Source: the human T2T-CHM13v2.0 reference genome, Homo sapiens. Taken from it: a stretch of 64,000 nt of DNA. Below, piece after piece: positions 12,598 to 27,200 of this stretch. A program made the position numbers and the translations under genes. Location: NCBI RefSeq assembly GCF_009914755.1, contig NC_060932.1; one strand, given 5' to 3'. Every line of letters begins with the position of its first letter. Position 1 is the first letter of the stretch. Below the pieces are notes generated by a model. It searched no databases, was not told the origin of the DNA, and was given only the letters and a program-made list of their open reading frames with translations.

Positions 12598-15500
12598 ATT
12601 TCTTCACTTAAAAAGTAGACAGAAAAATTCTCAGAAACTTCTTCGTGATGTGTATGTTCAATTCACAGAGTTGAACCTTCCTTTCGATAGAGCAGTTTTG
12701 AAACACTCTTTTTATTGTATTTTCAACTGGATATTTAGAGTGGTTTAAGGCCTATGGTAGAAAAGGATATATCTTCATATAACAACTAGACAGAATCATT
12801 CTCAGAAACTACTTTGTGATCTCTGCGTTCAACTCACAGAGTTTAACATTTCTTTTGATAGAGCAGTTTTGAAACACCGCTTTTGTAGAATTTGCAATTG
12901 TATATTGACAGCACTTAGACGCCTATTTTAGAAAACGAAATATCTTCACATAAAAATTAGAAACATTCTCAGAAACTACATTGGGATGTTTGCATTCAAT
13001 GCACTGTGTTGAACATTCCCCTTGGTGTAGCAGTTTTGAAACATTTTTTTTCTAGAATCTGCAAGTGGATATTTAGACCTCTTTGAGACCTTCGTTGGAA
13101 ACTGGATTTCTTCATATAAAAACTAGACAGAAAGACTCTCAGAAACTTCTTTTTGATGTGTGCATTCAACTCACAGAGTTGAAACTTCCTTTCGATAGAG
13201 CAGTTTTGAAAAACTCTTTTTGCAGAATTTCCAAGTGGATATTTAGATCGCCTTGAAGCCTATGGTAGAAAAGGAAATATCTTCATATAAAAATTATACA
13301 GAAACTTTCTCAGAAACTAGATTGTGATTTGTGCTTTCAATTCACTGAATTTAACCTTTCTTTTGGTAGAGCAGTTTTGAAACACTATGTTTGTAAAGTC
13401 TGCAAGTGTATATTTGGAGCACTTTAAAGCCTTCTTTGGAATCAGGAATATCTTCACATAAAAAGTAAACAGAAGTATTCTCAGAAACTTCTTTGTGTTG
13501 TCTGCACTCAACTAACAGAGTTTAACCTTCCTTTTGATAGAGCAGTTTTGAAACACTCATTTTGTAGAGTTTGCGAGTGGATATTAAGAGCGTTTTTTGG
13601 CCTATGGTAGAAAAGGAAATATCTTCATATTAAAAATACACAGAGGCATTCTCAGAAACTACTTTGTGATGTTTGCATTAAACTCACAGAGTTGTACATT
13701 ACTTTCGATAGAGTAGTTTTGTAACACTCTTTTTGTAGACTCTACAAGTGGATATTTGGACCTCTTTGAGGCCTTCGTTGGAAACGGGACTTTCTTCATA
13801 TAAAAACTAGACAGAAGAATTCTCAGAAACTTGTTTATGATGTGTGCATTCAATTCACAGAGTTGAACTTTTCTTTCAATAGAGCAGTTTTGAATCACTC
13901 TTTTTGTAGAATTTCCAAGTGGATATTTAGAGCTGTTTGAGACCTATGGTAGAAAAGGAAATATCTTCATATAAAAACTAGACAGAATCATTCTCAGAAA
14001 CTACTTTGTGATGTGTGCATTCAACTCACATAGTTTAACATTTCTTTTGATAGAGCAGTTTTGAAACACCACTTTTGTAGAATTTGCAAGTGTATATTCA
14101 GAGCGCTTTGAGGCCTATGGTAGAAAATGAAATATCTTCACATACCAACGAGGCAGAAGCATTCTCAGAAACTACTGTGTGATGTTTGCATTCAACTGAC
14201 AGAGTTGGACATTCCTCTTGATGGAGCAGTTTTGAAACTCTCCTTTGTAGAATCTGCAAGTGGATATTTGGAACTCTTTGAGGCCTTCATTGGAAACGGG
14301 AATTTCTTCACTTGAAAAACAGACAGAAGAAATCTCTGAAACTTTCTGTGACATGGACATTCAACTCACAGAGTTGAATCTTTCTTTTGATAGAGCAGTT
14401 TTGAAACACTCTTTTTGTAGAATTTCCAAGTGGATATTTAGTGCGCTCTGAAGCCTGTGGTAGAAAAGGAAATATCTTCATAGAAAAACTACACAGAAGC
14501 ATTCTGAGATACTACTTTGTGTTGTTTGCATTCAACTCACAGAGTTGAACATTCCTTTTGATAGAGCAGTTTTGTAACACTCTTTTTGTAGAATCTGCAA
14601 GTGGTTATTAGGACTTCTTAGAGGCCTTCTTTGGAAACGGGATTTCTTCCTATAAAAAGTAGACAGAAGAATTCCCAGAAACTTCTTTGTGATGTGTGCA
14701 TTCAACTCACAGAGTTGAAACTTCCTTTCAATACAGCAGTTTTGAAACACTATTTTTGAAGTATTTTCAAGTGAATATTTAGGGCGCCTTGAAGCCTATG
14801 GTAAAAAAGGGAATGTCTTCACATAGAAATTAGACAGAACCTTTCTCAGAAACTAGTTTGTGATGTGTGCTTTAAACTCACTGAGTTTAACCTTTCTTTT
14901 GTTAAAGCAGTTTTGAAACACTCTGTAAAGTCTGCAAGTGGATATTTGGAATGCTTTAATGCCTTCTTTGTAAAGGGGAATATCTTCACATAAAAGTAAA
15001 CAGAAGTATTCTCAGAAACTCCTTTGTGATGTCTTCACTCAACTAACAGGGTTGAACCTTCCCTTTGATAGTGCAGTTTTGAAACACTCTTTTTGTAGAA
15101 TTTGCGAGTGGATATATAGAGCGTTTTGGGGCCTATGCTAGAAAAGGAAATATCTTCATATTAAAACTACACAGAGGCATTCTCAGAAACTACTTGTTGA
15201 TGTTTGCATTCAACTCACAGAGTTGAACATTCCTTTTGGTAGAGCACTTTTGAAACACTCTTTTTATAGGATATGCAAGTGGATATTTTGACCTATTTGA
15301 GGCCTTCCTTGGAAACGGGATTTCTTCATTTAAAAACGAGATAGAAGAATTCACAGAAACCTCTTTGTGGTGTGTGCATTCAGTACACAGAGTTGAACCT
15401 TCCTTTCGATAGAGCAGTTTTGAAACTCTTTTTACATAATTTCCAAGTGGATATTTAGAGCGCTTTGAGGTCTATGGTTAAAAACGAAATATCTTCATAT

Positions 15501-17908
15501 AAAAACCAGACAGAATCATTCTCAGAAACTACTTTGTGATGTGTGTGTTCAACTCACAGAGTTTAACCTTTCTTTTCATGGAGAAATTTTGAAACCCTCT
15601 TTTTGTAGAATTTTGAAGTGGATATTTGGAGCACGTTGAAGCCTATGGTAGAAAAGGAAATATCTTCACATAAAAACTAAACAGAAGCATTCTCAGAAAC
15701 TACTGTGTGATGTTTGCATTCAACTCACAGAGTTGAACATTCCTCTTGATGGAGCAGTTTTGAAACACTCTTTTTGTGGAATCTGCAAGTGGATATTTGA
15801 AGCTCTTTGAGGCCTTCATTGGAAACGGGCTTTCTTCTTATGAAAGCTAGACAGAAGAATTCTCAGAAACATCTTTGTGTTCTATGCATTCAATTCACAG
15901 AGTTGAATCTTCCTTCCAATAGAGCAGTTTTGAAACACTCTTTTTGAGGAATTTCCAAGTGGATATTTAGAGTGGTTTGAGGCCTTTGGTAGATAAGAAA
16001 TTATCTACATATAAACACTAGACAGAATAATTCTCAGAAACTACTCTGTGATGTGTGCGTTCAAATCACAGAGTTTAACCTTCTTTTCAATAGAACAGTT
16101 TTGAAACACTTTTTTTGTAGAATTTCCAAGTGGATATTTAGTGCCCTTTGAAGCCTATGTTAGAAAAGGAACTATCTTCATAGAAAAACAACACAGGAGC
16201 ATTCTCAGAAACCAGTTTGTGATGTGTGCATTGAATTCACAGAGTTTAACCTTTCTTTTGAATGGAGAAGTTTTGAAACACTCTTCTTGTATGATTTGCA
16301 AGTGTATATTTAGGGCGCTTTGTAGCCTGTGGCAGAAAGTGAAATATCTTCACATAAAAAGTAGAGTGAAGCATTCTCAGAAACTAATTTGTGATGTTTG
16401 CATTCAACTCACAGAGCTGAACAATCATTTGATAGAGCAGTTTTGAATCACCCTTTTTGTAGATTCTGCAAGCGGACATTTGGACCGCTGTGAGGCCTTC
16501 GTTGAAAACGGGCATATCTTCTCATAAAAATCAGACAGAAGGATTCCCAGAAACTTCTTAGTGATGTGTGCATTCAACTTACAGATTTTAACTTTTCTTT
16601 TGATAGGGCAGTTTTGAAACACTCTTTCTGTAGAATTTGCTAGTGGATATGTGCCTCCCTTTGAGGCTTATTTTGGAAAAGGAAATATCTTCACATAGAA
16701 AGTAGAAGGAATCATTCTCAGAAACTACTTTTTGATGTGTGACTTCAACTCACAGAGTTGAACCTTCCTTTTGATAGAGCATTTTTGAAACACACTTTTT
16801 GTAGAATCTGCAAGTGGATTTTTGGAGGGCTTTGAGGCCTACTTTTGAAACTGGTATATTTTCACAGAGAAAGTAGACAGAAGTATTCTCAGAAACTTCT
16901 TTGTGATGTCTGCATTCAACTCACTGAGCTGAACCTGCCTTTGGATAGAGCAGTTTTGTACACTCATTTTGTAGAATTTCCAAGTGGATATTTAGAGTGC
17001 TGCATGTCCTATGGTAGAATAGGAAGTATTTTCATAAAAAAGTAGACAGAAGCATTCTAAGAAACTACTTTGTGATGTTTCCATTCAACTAACAGAGTTG
17101 AACATTCCTTTTGATAGAGAAGTTTTGAAACACTCTTTTTGTGGAATCTGCAAGTGGACATTTAGACCGCTTTGAGTCCTTGGTTGGAAACGGGATTATC
17201 TTCACATAAAAACCAGAGAGAAGCATTCTCAGAAACTTCTTTGCGATGTGTGCATTCAACTCACAGAGGTGAATATTTCTTTTGATATAGCAGTTTTCTA
17301 ACACTCTTTTTGTAGAATCTTCAAGTGGATATTTTATTCCCTTTGAGGCCCATGTTGGAAAAGGAGTTATCTTCACATAAAAATTAGAATGATACATTCT
17401 CATAAACTTCTTTGAGATAGATAAGTGAATTCAACTCACAGACTTGAACCTTTCTTTTGACACAGCAGTTTTGAAACGCTCTGTTTGTAACGTTTGCAAG
17501 TGGACATTTGTAGTGCTTTGAGGCCTTCTTTGGAAAGGGGAATATCTTCCCATAAAAAGTAGACATAAGTATTCTCTGAAACTTCTTTGTGATGTCTGCA
17601 CTCAACTCACAGAGATCAACCTTCCCTTTGATAGAGCAGTTTTGAAACACTCTTTTTGTAGAGTTTGCAAGTGGAGATATAGAGCGTTTTGGGGCCTATG
17701 GTAGAAAAGGAAATATATTCATAGAAAAACTACACGGAAGCATGCTCAGAAACTGCTTTGTGATGTTTGCATTCAACTCACAGAGTTGAATATTCCTTTT
17801 GATAGAGCAGTTTTGAAACATTCTTTTTGTAGGATCTGCAAGTGAATATTTGGACCTCTACGAGGTCTTCGTTGGATACGGGAAATTCTTCACTTAAAAA
17901 CTAGACAG

Positions 17909-18214
<306 letters not shown>

Positions 18215-21200
18215 AAAAACTAGACAGAAGAAACTCAGAAACTATTTGTGATGTGTGCATTCAGCTCACAGAGTTGAACCTTCCTTTTGATAGAGCAGTT
18301 TTAAAACACTCTTTTTGTAGAATTCCCAACTGGATATTTAGAGCACTTTGAAGCCTATGGTAGAGAAGGAAATATCTTCATAGAAAAGCTACACAGAAGC
18401 ATTCTCAGAAACTACTTTTTGATGTTTGCATTCAACTCACAGAGTTGAACTTTCCTTTTGATAGACCAGTTTTGTAACACTCTTTTTGTAGAATCTGCAA
18501 TTGGACATTTTGGCCTCTTTGAGGCCTTCGTAGGAAATGGGATTCCTTCATATAAAAACTAGACAGAAGAATTCTTAGAAATTTCTTTGTGATGTGTGCA
18601 TTCAAATCACAGAGTTGAAACTTCCTTTCAATAGAGCAGTTTTGAAACACTCTTTTTGTAGAAATTCTAAGTGGATATTTAAGGGGTTTGAGGCCTATGG
18701 TAGAAAAGGAAATATCTTCATATAAAAACTAGACACAATGATTCTCAGAAACTAGTTTGTGATGTGTGTGTTCAACTCACAGATTTTAACCTTTCTTTTG
18801 ATGGAGCAGTTTTGAAACACTCTTTTCCAAAGTTTGCAAGTGTGGATTTAGAAGGCTTTGAGGCCTATGGTACAAAAGGAAATATCTTCACATAAAAACT
18901 AGACAGAAGCATTCTCCTAAACTACTTTGTGATGTTTGCATTCAACTCACAGAGTTTAACCTTTCTTTTGATAGAGAAGTTTTGAAACACACTTTTTGTA
19001 GAATTTGCAAGTGCATATTTAGAGATCTTTGGGTCTATGGTAGAAAAGGAAATATCATCCCAAAAAACTAGACAGAAGCATTCTCAGAAACCACTTTGTG
19101 ATGTTTGCATTCAACTCACCGGGTTGAACAATCATTTGATAGAGCAGTTTTGAAACACCCTTTTTGTGTAATCTGCAAGTGGACATTTGGACCGCTTTGA
19201 GGACTTCATTGGAAATGGGTATATCTTCAAATAAAAATCAGACAGAAGGATTCCCAGAAACTGCTTTGTGATGTGTGCATTCAACTTACAGAGTTAAACT
19301 TTTCTGTTGATAGAGCAGTTTTGAAACACTCTTTTTGTAGAATCTCCAAGTGGATATGTGCCTCCCTTTGAGGCTTATGTTGGAAAAGGAAATATCTTCA
19401 TATAAAAACAAGAAAGAATCATTCTCAGAAACTTATTTTTGATGTGTGCCTTCAACTAACAGAGTTGAACCTTCCTTTTGATAGAGCATTTTTGAAACAA
19501 TCTTTTTGTAGAATCTGCAAGTGGATCTTTGGAGTGCTTTGAGGCCTACTTTTGAAACGGGTATAACTTCACATAGAAAGTAGACAGAAGTATTCTCAGA
19601 AACTTCTTTGTGAGGTCTGCATTCAACTCACAGAGTTGAAACTTCCTTTGGATAGAGCAGTTTTGAAACACTCTTTTTGTAGAATTTGCAAATGAATATT
19701 TAGAGAGCTTTGTGTCGAATAGGAAGTATTTTAATAAAAAAAGTAGACAGAAGCATTCTAAGAAACTATTTTGTGATGTTTCCATTCAGCTAACAGAGTT
19801 GAACATTCCTTTGTATAGAGAAGTTTTGAAACAGTCTTTTTGTGGAATCTGCAAGTGGATATTTCGACCGATTTGAGGCCTTCGTTGGAAACGGGATTAT
19901 CTTCACATAAAATCCAGAGAGAAGCATTCTCAGAAACTTCTTTGTGATATGTGTATTCAACTCACAGAGGTGAATATTTCTTTTGATATAGCAGTTTACA
20001 AACACTCTTTTTGTAGGATCTTCAAGTGGATATTTTATTCCCTTTGAGGCCCATGTTGGGAAAGGAGTTAACTTCACATAAAAACTAGAATGAATCGTTC
20101 TCATAAACTTCTTTGTGATGAGTGAATTCAACTCACAGAGTTGAATCTTTCTTTTGACAGCCGTTTTGAAATGCTCTGTATGTAAAGTTTGCAAGTGGAT
20201 AATTGGAGGTCTTTGAGGTCTTTATTGGAAACGGGAATATCTTCACATATAAAGTAGACATAAGTATTCTCTGAAACTTCTTTGTAATGTCTGCACTCAA
20301 CTCACAGAGATAAACCTTCCCTCTGATAGAGCAGTTTTGAAATAGTCTTTTTGTAGAATTTGCAAGTAGATATTTAGAGTGTTTTGTGGCCTATGGTAGA
20401 AAAGGAAATATATTCATAGAAAAACTACACAGAAGCATTCTCAGAAACTGCTTTGTGATGTTTGCATTCAACTCAAAGACTTGAACATTCCTTTTGATAG
20501 AGCAGTTTTGAAACACTCTTTTTGTAGGATCTGCAAGTGGATATTTGGACCTCTATGAGGCCTTCGTTGGAAACGAAAAATTCTTCACTTAAAAACTAGA
20601 GAGAAGAAATCTCAGAAATTTTTTGTGATGTGTACACTCAACTCAGAATTGAACCTTCCTTTTGATGGAGCAGTTCTGAAACACTGTTTTTGTAGAATTT
20701 CCAACTGGATATTTAGAGCGCTTTGAAGCCTATGGTATAGAAGGAAATATCTTCATAGAAAAAGTACACAGAAGCATTCTCAGAAACTACTTTGTGATGT
20801 TTGCATTCAACTCACAGAATTGAACATTCTTTTTGATAGAGCAATTTTGTAACACCCTTTTCATAGAATCTGCAAGTGGATATTTGGAACTCTTTGAGAC
20901 CTTCATTGGAAACGGGATTTCTTCCTATGAAAACTAGACAGAAGGATTCTCAGAAACTTCTTTGTGATGTGTGCATTCAGTTCACAATGTTGAACCTTCC
21001 TTTCGATAACCAGTTTTGAAACACTCTTTTTGTAGAATTTCCAAGTGGATATTTAGAGCTATTTGCGGCCTATTGTAGAAAAGGAAATATCTTCATATAA
21101 CCACTAGACAGAATCATTCTCAGAAACTGCTTTGTGATATTTGCATTCAATTCACAGAGTTTAACACTTCTTTTGATAGAGCAGTTTTGAAACAATCTTT

Positions 21201-24200
21201 TTTGTGGAATTTGAAAGTGAGTATTTAGAGGGCTTTGAGGCCTATGGTACAAAAGGAAATATCTTCATATGAAAACTAGACAGAACCATATTCAGAAACT
21301 ACTTTGTGATGTGTGCTTTCAACTCACAGAGTTTAACCTTTCTTTTGATGGAGCAGTTTTAAGACACACTTTTTGTAGAATTTGCAAGTGTATATTTAGA
21401 GCACTTTGAGGCATATGGTAGAAAAGGAAATATCTTCACGTAAAAAGTAGACAGAAGCATTCTCAGAAACTACTTTGTAATGATTGCATTCAACTCACAG
21501 AGTTGAACATTGCTCTTGATAGAGCAGTGTTGAAACACTCTTTTTGTAGAATCCGCAAGTGGATACTTGGACCTCTTTCAGGCCTTCATTGGAAGCGAGA
21601 TCTCCTCATTTAAATACTTGACAGAAGAATTTTCAGAAAATTCTTTGTGATGTGTGCATTCAACTCACAGAGTTTAACCATCCTTTCGATAGAGCAGTTT
21701 TGAAACAATCTTTTTGTAGAATTTCCAAGTGGATATCTTGTGCACTTTGAGGCCTTTGGTCTAAAAGGAAATATCTTCATATAAAAACTTGACAGAATCA
21801 TTCTCAGAAAGTACTTTGTGATGTGTGAGTTCAACTCTCAGAGTTTAACATTTCTTTTCATGGTGCAGTTTTGAAACACTCTTTTTGTAGAATTTGCAAG
21901 TGTATATTTAGAGCGCTTTGAGGCCTATAGTAGAAAAGGAAATTTCTTCACATAAAAACTAGACAGAAGCACCCTCAGAAACTGCGTTGTGGTGTTTGCA
22001 TTCAACTAAGAGAGTTGAACATTCCCCTTGATAGAGCCGTTTTGAAACACTCTTTTTGTAGTATCTGCAAGTGGATATTTGGAACTCTTTGAGACCTTCG
22101 TTGGAAACCGGATTTCTTCATTTAAATATGAGACAGAAGAATTCTCAGAAACTTCTTTGTGATGTGAGCATTCAACTCACAGAGTTGAACGTTCCTTTTG
22201 ATACACAAGTTTTGAAACACTCTTTTTGTAGAATTTCCAATTGGATTTTTAGAGCGCTTGGAGGCCTATGGTAGAAAAGGAAATATCTTCACATAAAGAC
22301 TAGACAGAATCATGCTCAGAAACTAGTTTGTGATGTGTGCGTTCAACTCACCCAGTTTAACATTTCTTTTGATGGGGAAGTTTTGAAACACTCTTTTTGT
22401 AGAATTTGCAAGTGTATATTTAGAGTGTTTTGAGGCCTATGGTAGGAAAGGAAATATCTTCACATAAAAACTAGACAGAAGAATTCTCAGAAACTACTTT
22501 GTGAGTTTTGCATTCAATTAACAGAGTTGAACATTCCTCTTGATAGAGCAGTTCTGAAACACTCTTTTTGTAGGATCTGCAACTGGTTATTTTGACCTCT
22601 TTGAGGTCTTCGTTTGAAACGGGATTTCTTCATTTAAATACTGGACAGAAGAATTCTCAGAAACGTCTTTGTGTTGTGTGCATTCAACTCACAGAGTTGA
22701 ACTTTCATTTTGATAGAGCAGTTTTCAAACACTCTTTTTGTAAAATTTCCAACTGGATATTCGGAGCGCTTGGAGCCGTAAGGTACAAAAGGAAATATCT
22801 TCATATAAAAACTAGACAGAACCATTGTCAGAAACTACATTGTGATGTGTGCATTCAACTTTCATAGTTTAACCTTTCTTTTGATAGAGCAGTTATGAAA
22901 CACTCTTTTTTTTTTTAGAATTAGCAAGTGTGTATATAGAGGGATTCTGGGCCCATGGTAGAAAAGGAAATATCTTTACATAAAAACTAGACAAAATCAT
23001 TCTCAGAAACTACTTTGTGATGTGTGTGTTGCACTCACAGAGTTTATCCTTTCTTTTGATGACGCAGTTTTGAAACACTCATTTAGTAGAATTTTCAAGT
23101 GGATATTTAGAGCGCTTTGAAGCCTATGATAGAAAAGGAAATATCTTCATAGAAAAACTACACAGAAGCATTCTCAGAAGCTACTTTGTGATGTTTGCAT
23201 TCAACTCACAGAGTTGAACATTCCTTTTGATAGAGTGGATTTGTAACACTCTTTTTGTAGAATCTGTAAGTGGATATTTGGACCTCTCTGAAGCCTTCCT
23301 TGGAAACAGTAATTTCTTCATATGAAAACTAGACAGAAGAATACACAGAAACTTCTTTGTGATGAGTGCATTCAATTCACAGAGGTGAACCTTCCTTTCG
23401 ATAGAGCAGTTTGGAAACACTCTTTTTGTAGAATTTCCAAGTGGATATTTAGAGCACTTGGAGGCTATGTTAGAAAAGGAAATGTCTTCATATAAAAACT
23501 AGACAGAAGTTTTCTCAGAAACGATTTGTGATGTGTACATTCAATTCACAGAGTTTAGCTTTTCTTTTGATAGAGCAGTTACAAAACACTCTTTTTGTAG
23601 AATTTGCAAGTGTGTATTTAGAGTGCTTGGAGGCCTATGGTAGAAAAGGAAATATCTTCACATAAAAACTAGACAGAAGCATTCTCAGAAACCACATTAT
23701 GATGTGTGCGTTGAACTCACAGAATTTAATCTTTCTTTTGATGGAGCACTTTTGCAAAACTTTTTTTGTAGAATTTCCAAGTGGATATTTAGAGCGCTTT
23801 GAAGCCTGTGATAGAAAAGGAAATATCTTCATAACAAACTACACAGAAGCATTCTCAAAAACTACTTTGCGATGTTTGCATTCAACTCACAGTGTTGAAC
23901 ATTCCTCTTGATAGATGTGTTTTGAAACACTGTTTTTGTAGACTCTGCAAGTGGATATTTGGACGTCTTTGAGTCCTTCTTTGGAAAAGGGATTTCTTCA
24001 TATAACAACTAGACAGAAGATTTCTCAAAAACTTTGTGATGTGTCCATTCAACTCACAGACTTGAAACTTTCTTTTGATGGAGCAGATTTGAAACAGACT
24101 TTTTCTAGAATTTCCAGGTGGATATTTAGAGCACTTGGAGGCTTATGGTAGAAAAGGAAATATCTTCATATAAAAAGTAGTCAGAATCATTATCAGAAAC

Positions 24201-27200
24201 TATTTTGTGATGTGCTCATTCAACTCACAGAGTTGAACCTTTCATTTGATAGAGCAGTTATGAAACACTCTTTTTGAAGTATTTGCCAGTGGATAATTGG
24301 AGCGCTTTGTGGCCTATGTTAGTAAAGGAATTATCTTCATAGAAAAACCAGACAGAAGCATTCTCAGAAATTTCTTTGTCATGTGTGCGTTGAACTCACA
24401 GAGTTGAATCTTTCTTTTGATAGAGCAGTTTTGAAACACTCTTTTTGTAGAATCCTCAAGTGGATATTTGGAGTGCTTTGAGGCCCAATGTAGAAAAGAA
24501 AATACCTTCATATAAAAACTTGAAGGAAGCATTCTCAGAAACTTCTTTGTGATGTTTGCATTCAACTCACGGAGATGAACATTCCTTTTGATAGAGCAGT
24601 TTTGAAAAACTCTTTTTGTGGAATCAGCAAGTGGATATTTGGACAACTTTGAGGCCTTTGTAGGAAACAGGATTATCTTCACATAAAAACCAGAGAGAAG
24701 AATTCTCAGAAACTTCTTTGCTATGTGTGCATTCAACGCACAGAAGTGAACTTTTCTTTTGACAGAGCAGTTTTTAAACACTCTTTTTGTAGAATCTTCA
24801 AGTGGATAATTCATTCCCTTTGGGGCCCATGTTGGAAAACGAATTATCTTCACATAAAAACTAGAAAGAAACATTCTTATAAACTTATTTGTGATGAGTG
24901 CATTCAACTCACAGAGTTGAACCTTCCTTTTGACAGAACAGTTTTGAAACACTCTTTAAAATGTCTGAAATTGGAAATTTGGAGGTTTTTTAGGCCTTCT
25001 TTGGAAACGGGAATATCTTCACATAAAAAGTAGACAGAAGTATTCTCAGAAACTTCCTTGTGATGTCTGCACTCAACTCACAGATTTGAACCTTCCTTTT
25101 TGATAGAGCAGTTTTGAAACACTCTTGTTGTAGAGTTTCCAAAGGGATATTTTCAGCGCTTTGAAGCCGATAGTAGAGAAGGACACATCTTTATAGAAAA
25201 ACTACACAGAAGCATTCTCAGAAACTACTTTGTGATGCTTGCATTCAACTCACATTGTTGGACATTCCTTTTGATAGAGCAGTTTTGTTACACTCTTTTT
25301 GTAGAATATGTAAGTGGATATTTGGACCTCTTTGAGGCCTTCGTTGGAAACGGGATTTCTTCATGTAAAAACTAGACAGAAAAATTATCAGAAACTTCTT
25401 TGTGATATGTGCATTCAACTCACAGAATTTAACCTTCCTTTCGATAGAGCAGTTTTGAAATCCTCTTTTTGTAGAACTTCCAAGTGGATATTTAGTGTGC
25501 TTTGAGTCCTCATATAAAAACTAGACACAATGATTCTTAGAAACTAGATTGTGATGTGTGCATTCAACTCACAGATTTTAACCTTTGTTTTGAAGGAGCA
25601 GTTTTGAAACACTCTTTTTTCAGAATTTGCAAGTGTACATTTAGAGTGCTTTGAGGCCTATGGTAGAAAAGAAAATATCTTCACATAAAAACTAGACAGA
25701 AGCATTCTCATAAACTACTTTGTGATGTTTGCATTCAACTCACAGAATTGAACATTCCTCTTGATAGAGCAGTTTTCAAACACTCTTTTTGTAGTATCTG
25801 CAAGTGGATATTTGGACCTCTTTGAGGCCTTCATTGGAAATGGGATTTCTTCATGCAAATACTAGACAGTAGAATTCTCAGAAATTTCTTTGTGATGACT
25901 GTATTCAACTCACAGAGTTGAATATTATTTTCGATAGAGCAGTATTGAAACACTCTTTTTGAAGTACTTCCAAGTGGATATTTATAGTGCTTTGATGCTT
26001 CTGGTAGAAAAGGAAAAAACTTCATTTAAAAACTAGACAGAACCATTCTCAGAAACAACTTTGTGATGTGTGCGTTCAACTCACAGATTTGAACATTTCT
26101 TTTGATAGAGCAGTTATGAAACACTCTTTTTGTAGAATTTGCAAGTTTGAATTTAGAGGGCTTTGAGGCCTATGGTAGAAAAGCAAATATCTTCATATAA
26201 AAACTAGACAGAAACTTTCTCAGAAACTACTTTGAGATGTGTGCATTGAACTCACAGAGTTTAACCTTCCTTTTGATAGAGCAGTTTTGAAACGCTCTTT
26301 TTGTAGAATTTGCAAGTGTATATTTAGAGATCTTTGGGGCCTATAGTAGAAACGGAAATATCTTCCCAAAAAACTAGACAGAAGCATTCTCAGAAACTAC
26401 ATTTGTGATGTTTGCATTCAACTCACGGAGTTGAACAATCATTTGATAGAGCTGTTTTGAAACACCCTTTTTGTGGAATCTGCAAGTGGACATTTGGACC
26501 GCTTTGAGGCCTTCATTGGAAATGGGTATATCTTCACATAAAAACCAGACAGAAGGATTCCCAGAAACTTCTTTGTGATGTGTGCATTCAGCATACAGAA
26601 TTGAACTTTTCTGTTGATAGAGCAGTTTGAAACACTCTTTTTGTAGAATCTGCAAGTGGATATGTGCCTCCCTTTGAGGCTTATGTTGGAAAAGGAAATT
26701 TCTAACTGGATATTTAGAGCACTTTGAACCCTATGGTAGAGAAGGAAATACCGTCATAGAAAAGCTACACTGAAGCATTCTCAGAAACTGCTTTGTGATG
26801 TTTGCATTCAATTCACAGAGTTGAACATTCCTTTTGATAGACCCGTTTTGTAACACTCTTTTTGTAGGATCTGCAAGTGGATATTTGGGCCTCTTTGAGG
26901 CCTTCTTCAGAAACGGGATTTCTTCATATAAAAACTAGACAGAAGAATTCTCAGAAACTTCTTTGTGATGTGTGCATTCCACTCACAGAGTTGAACCTTC
27001 CTTTCAATAGAGCAGTTTTGAAACAGTCTTTTTGTAGAATTTCCAAGTGGATATTTAAGGGGTTTGAGGCCTATGGTAGAAAAGGAAATATCTTCATATA
27101 AATAGTAGACACAATGATTCTCAGAAACTTGTTTGTGATGTGTGCATTAAACTCACAGATTTTAACTTTCTTTTGAAGGAACAGTTTTGAAACACTCTTT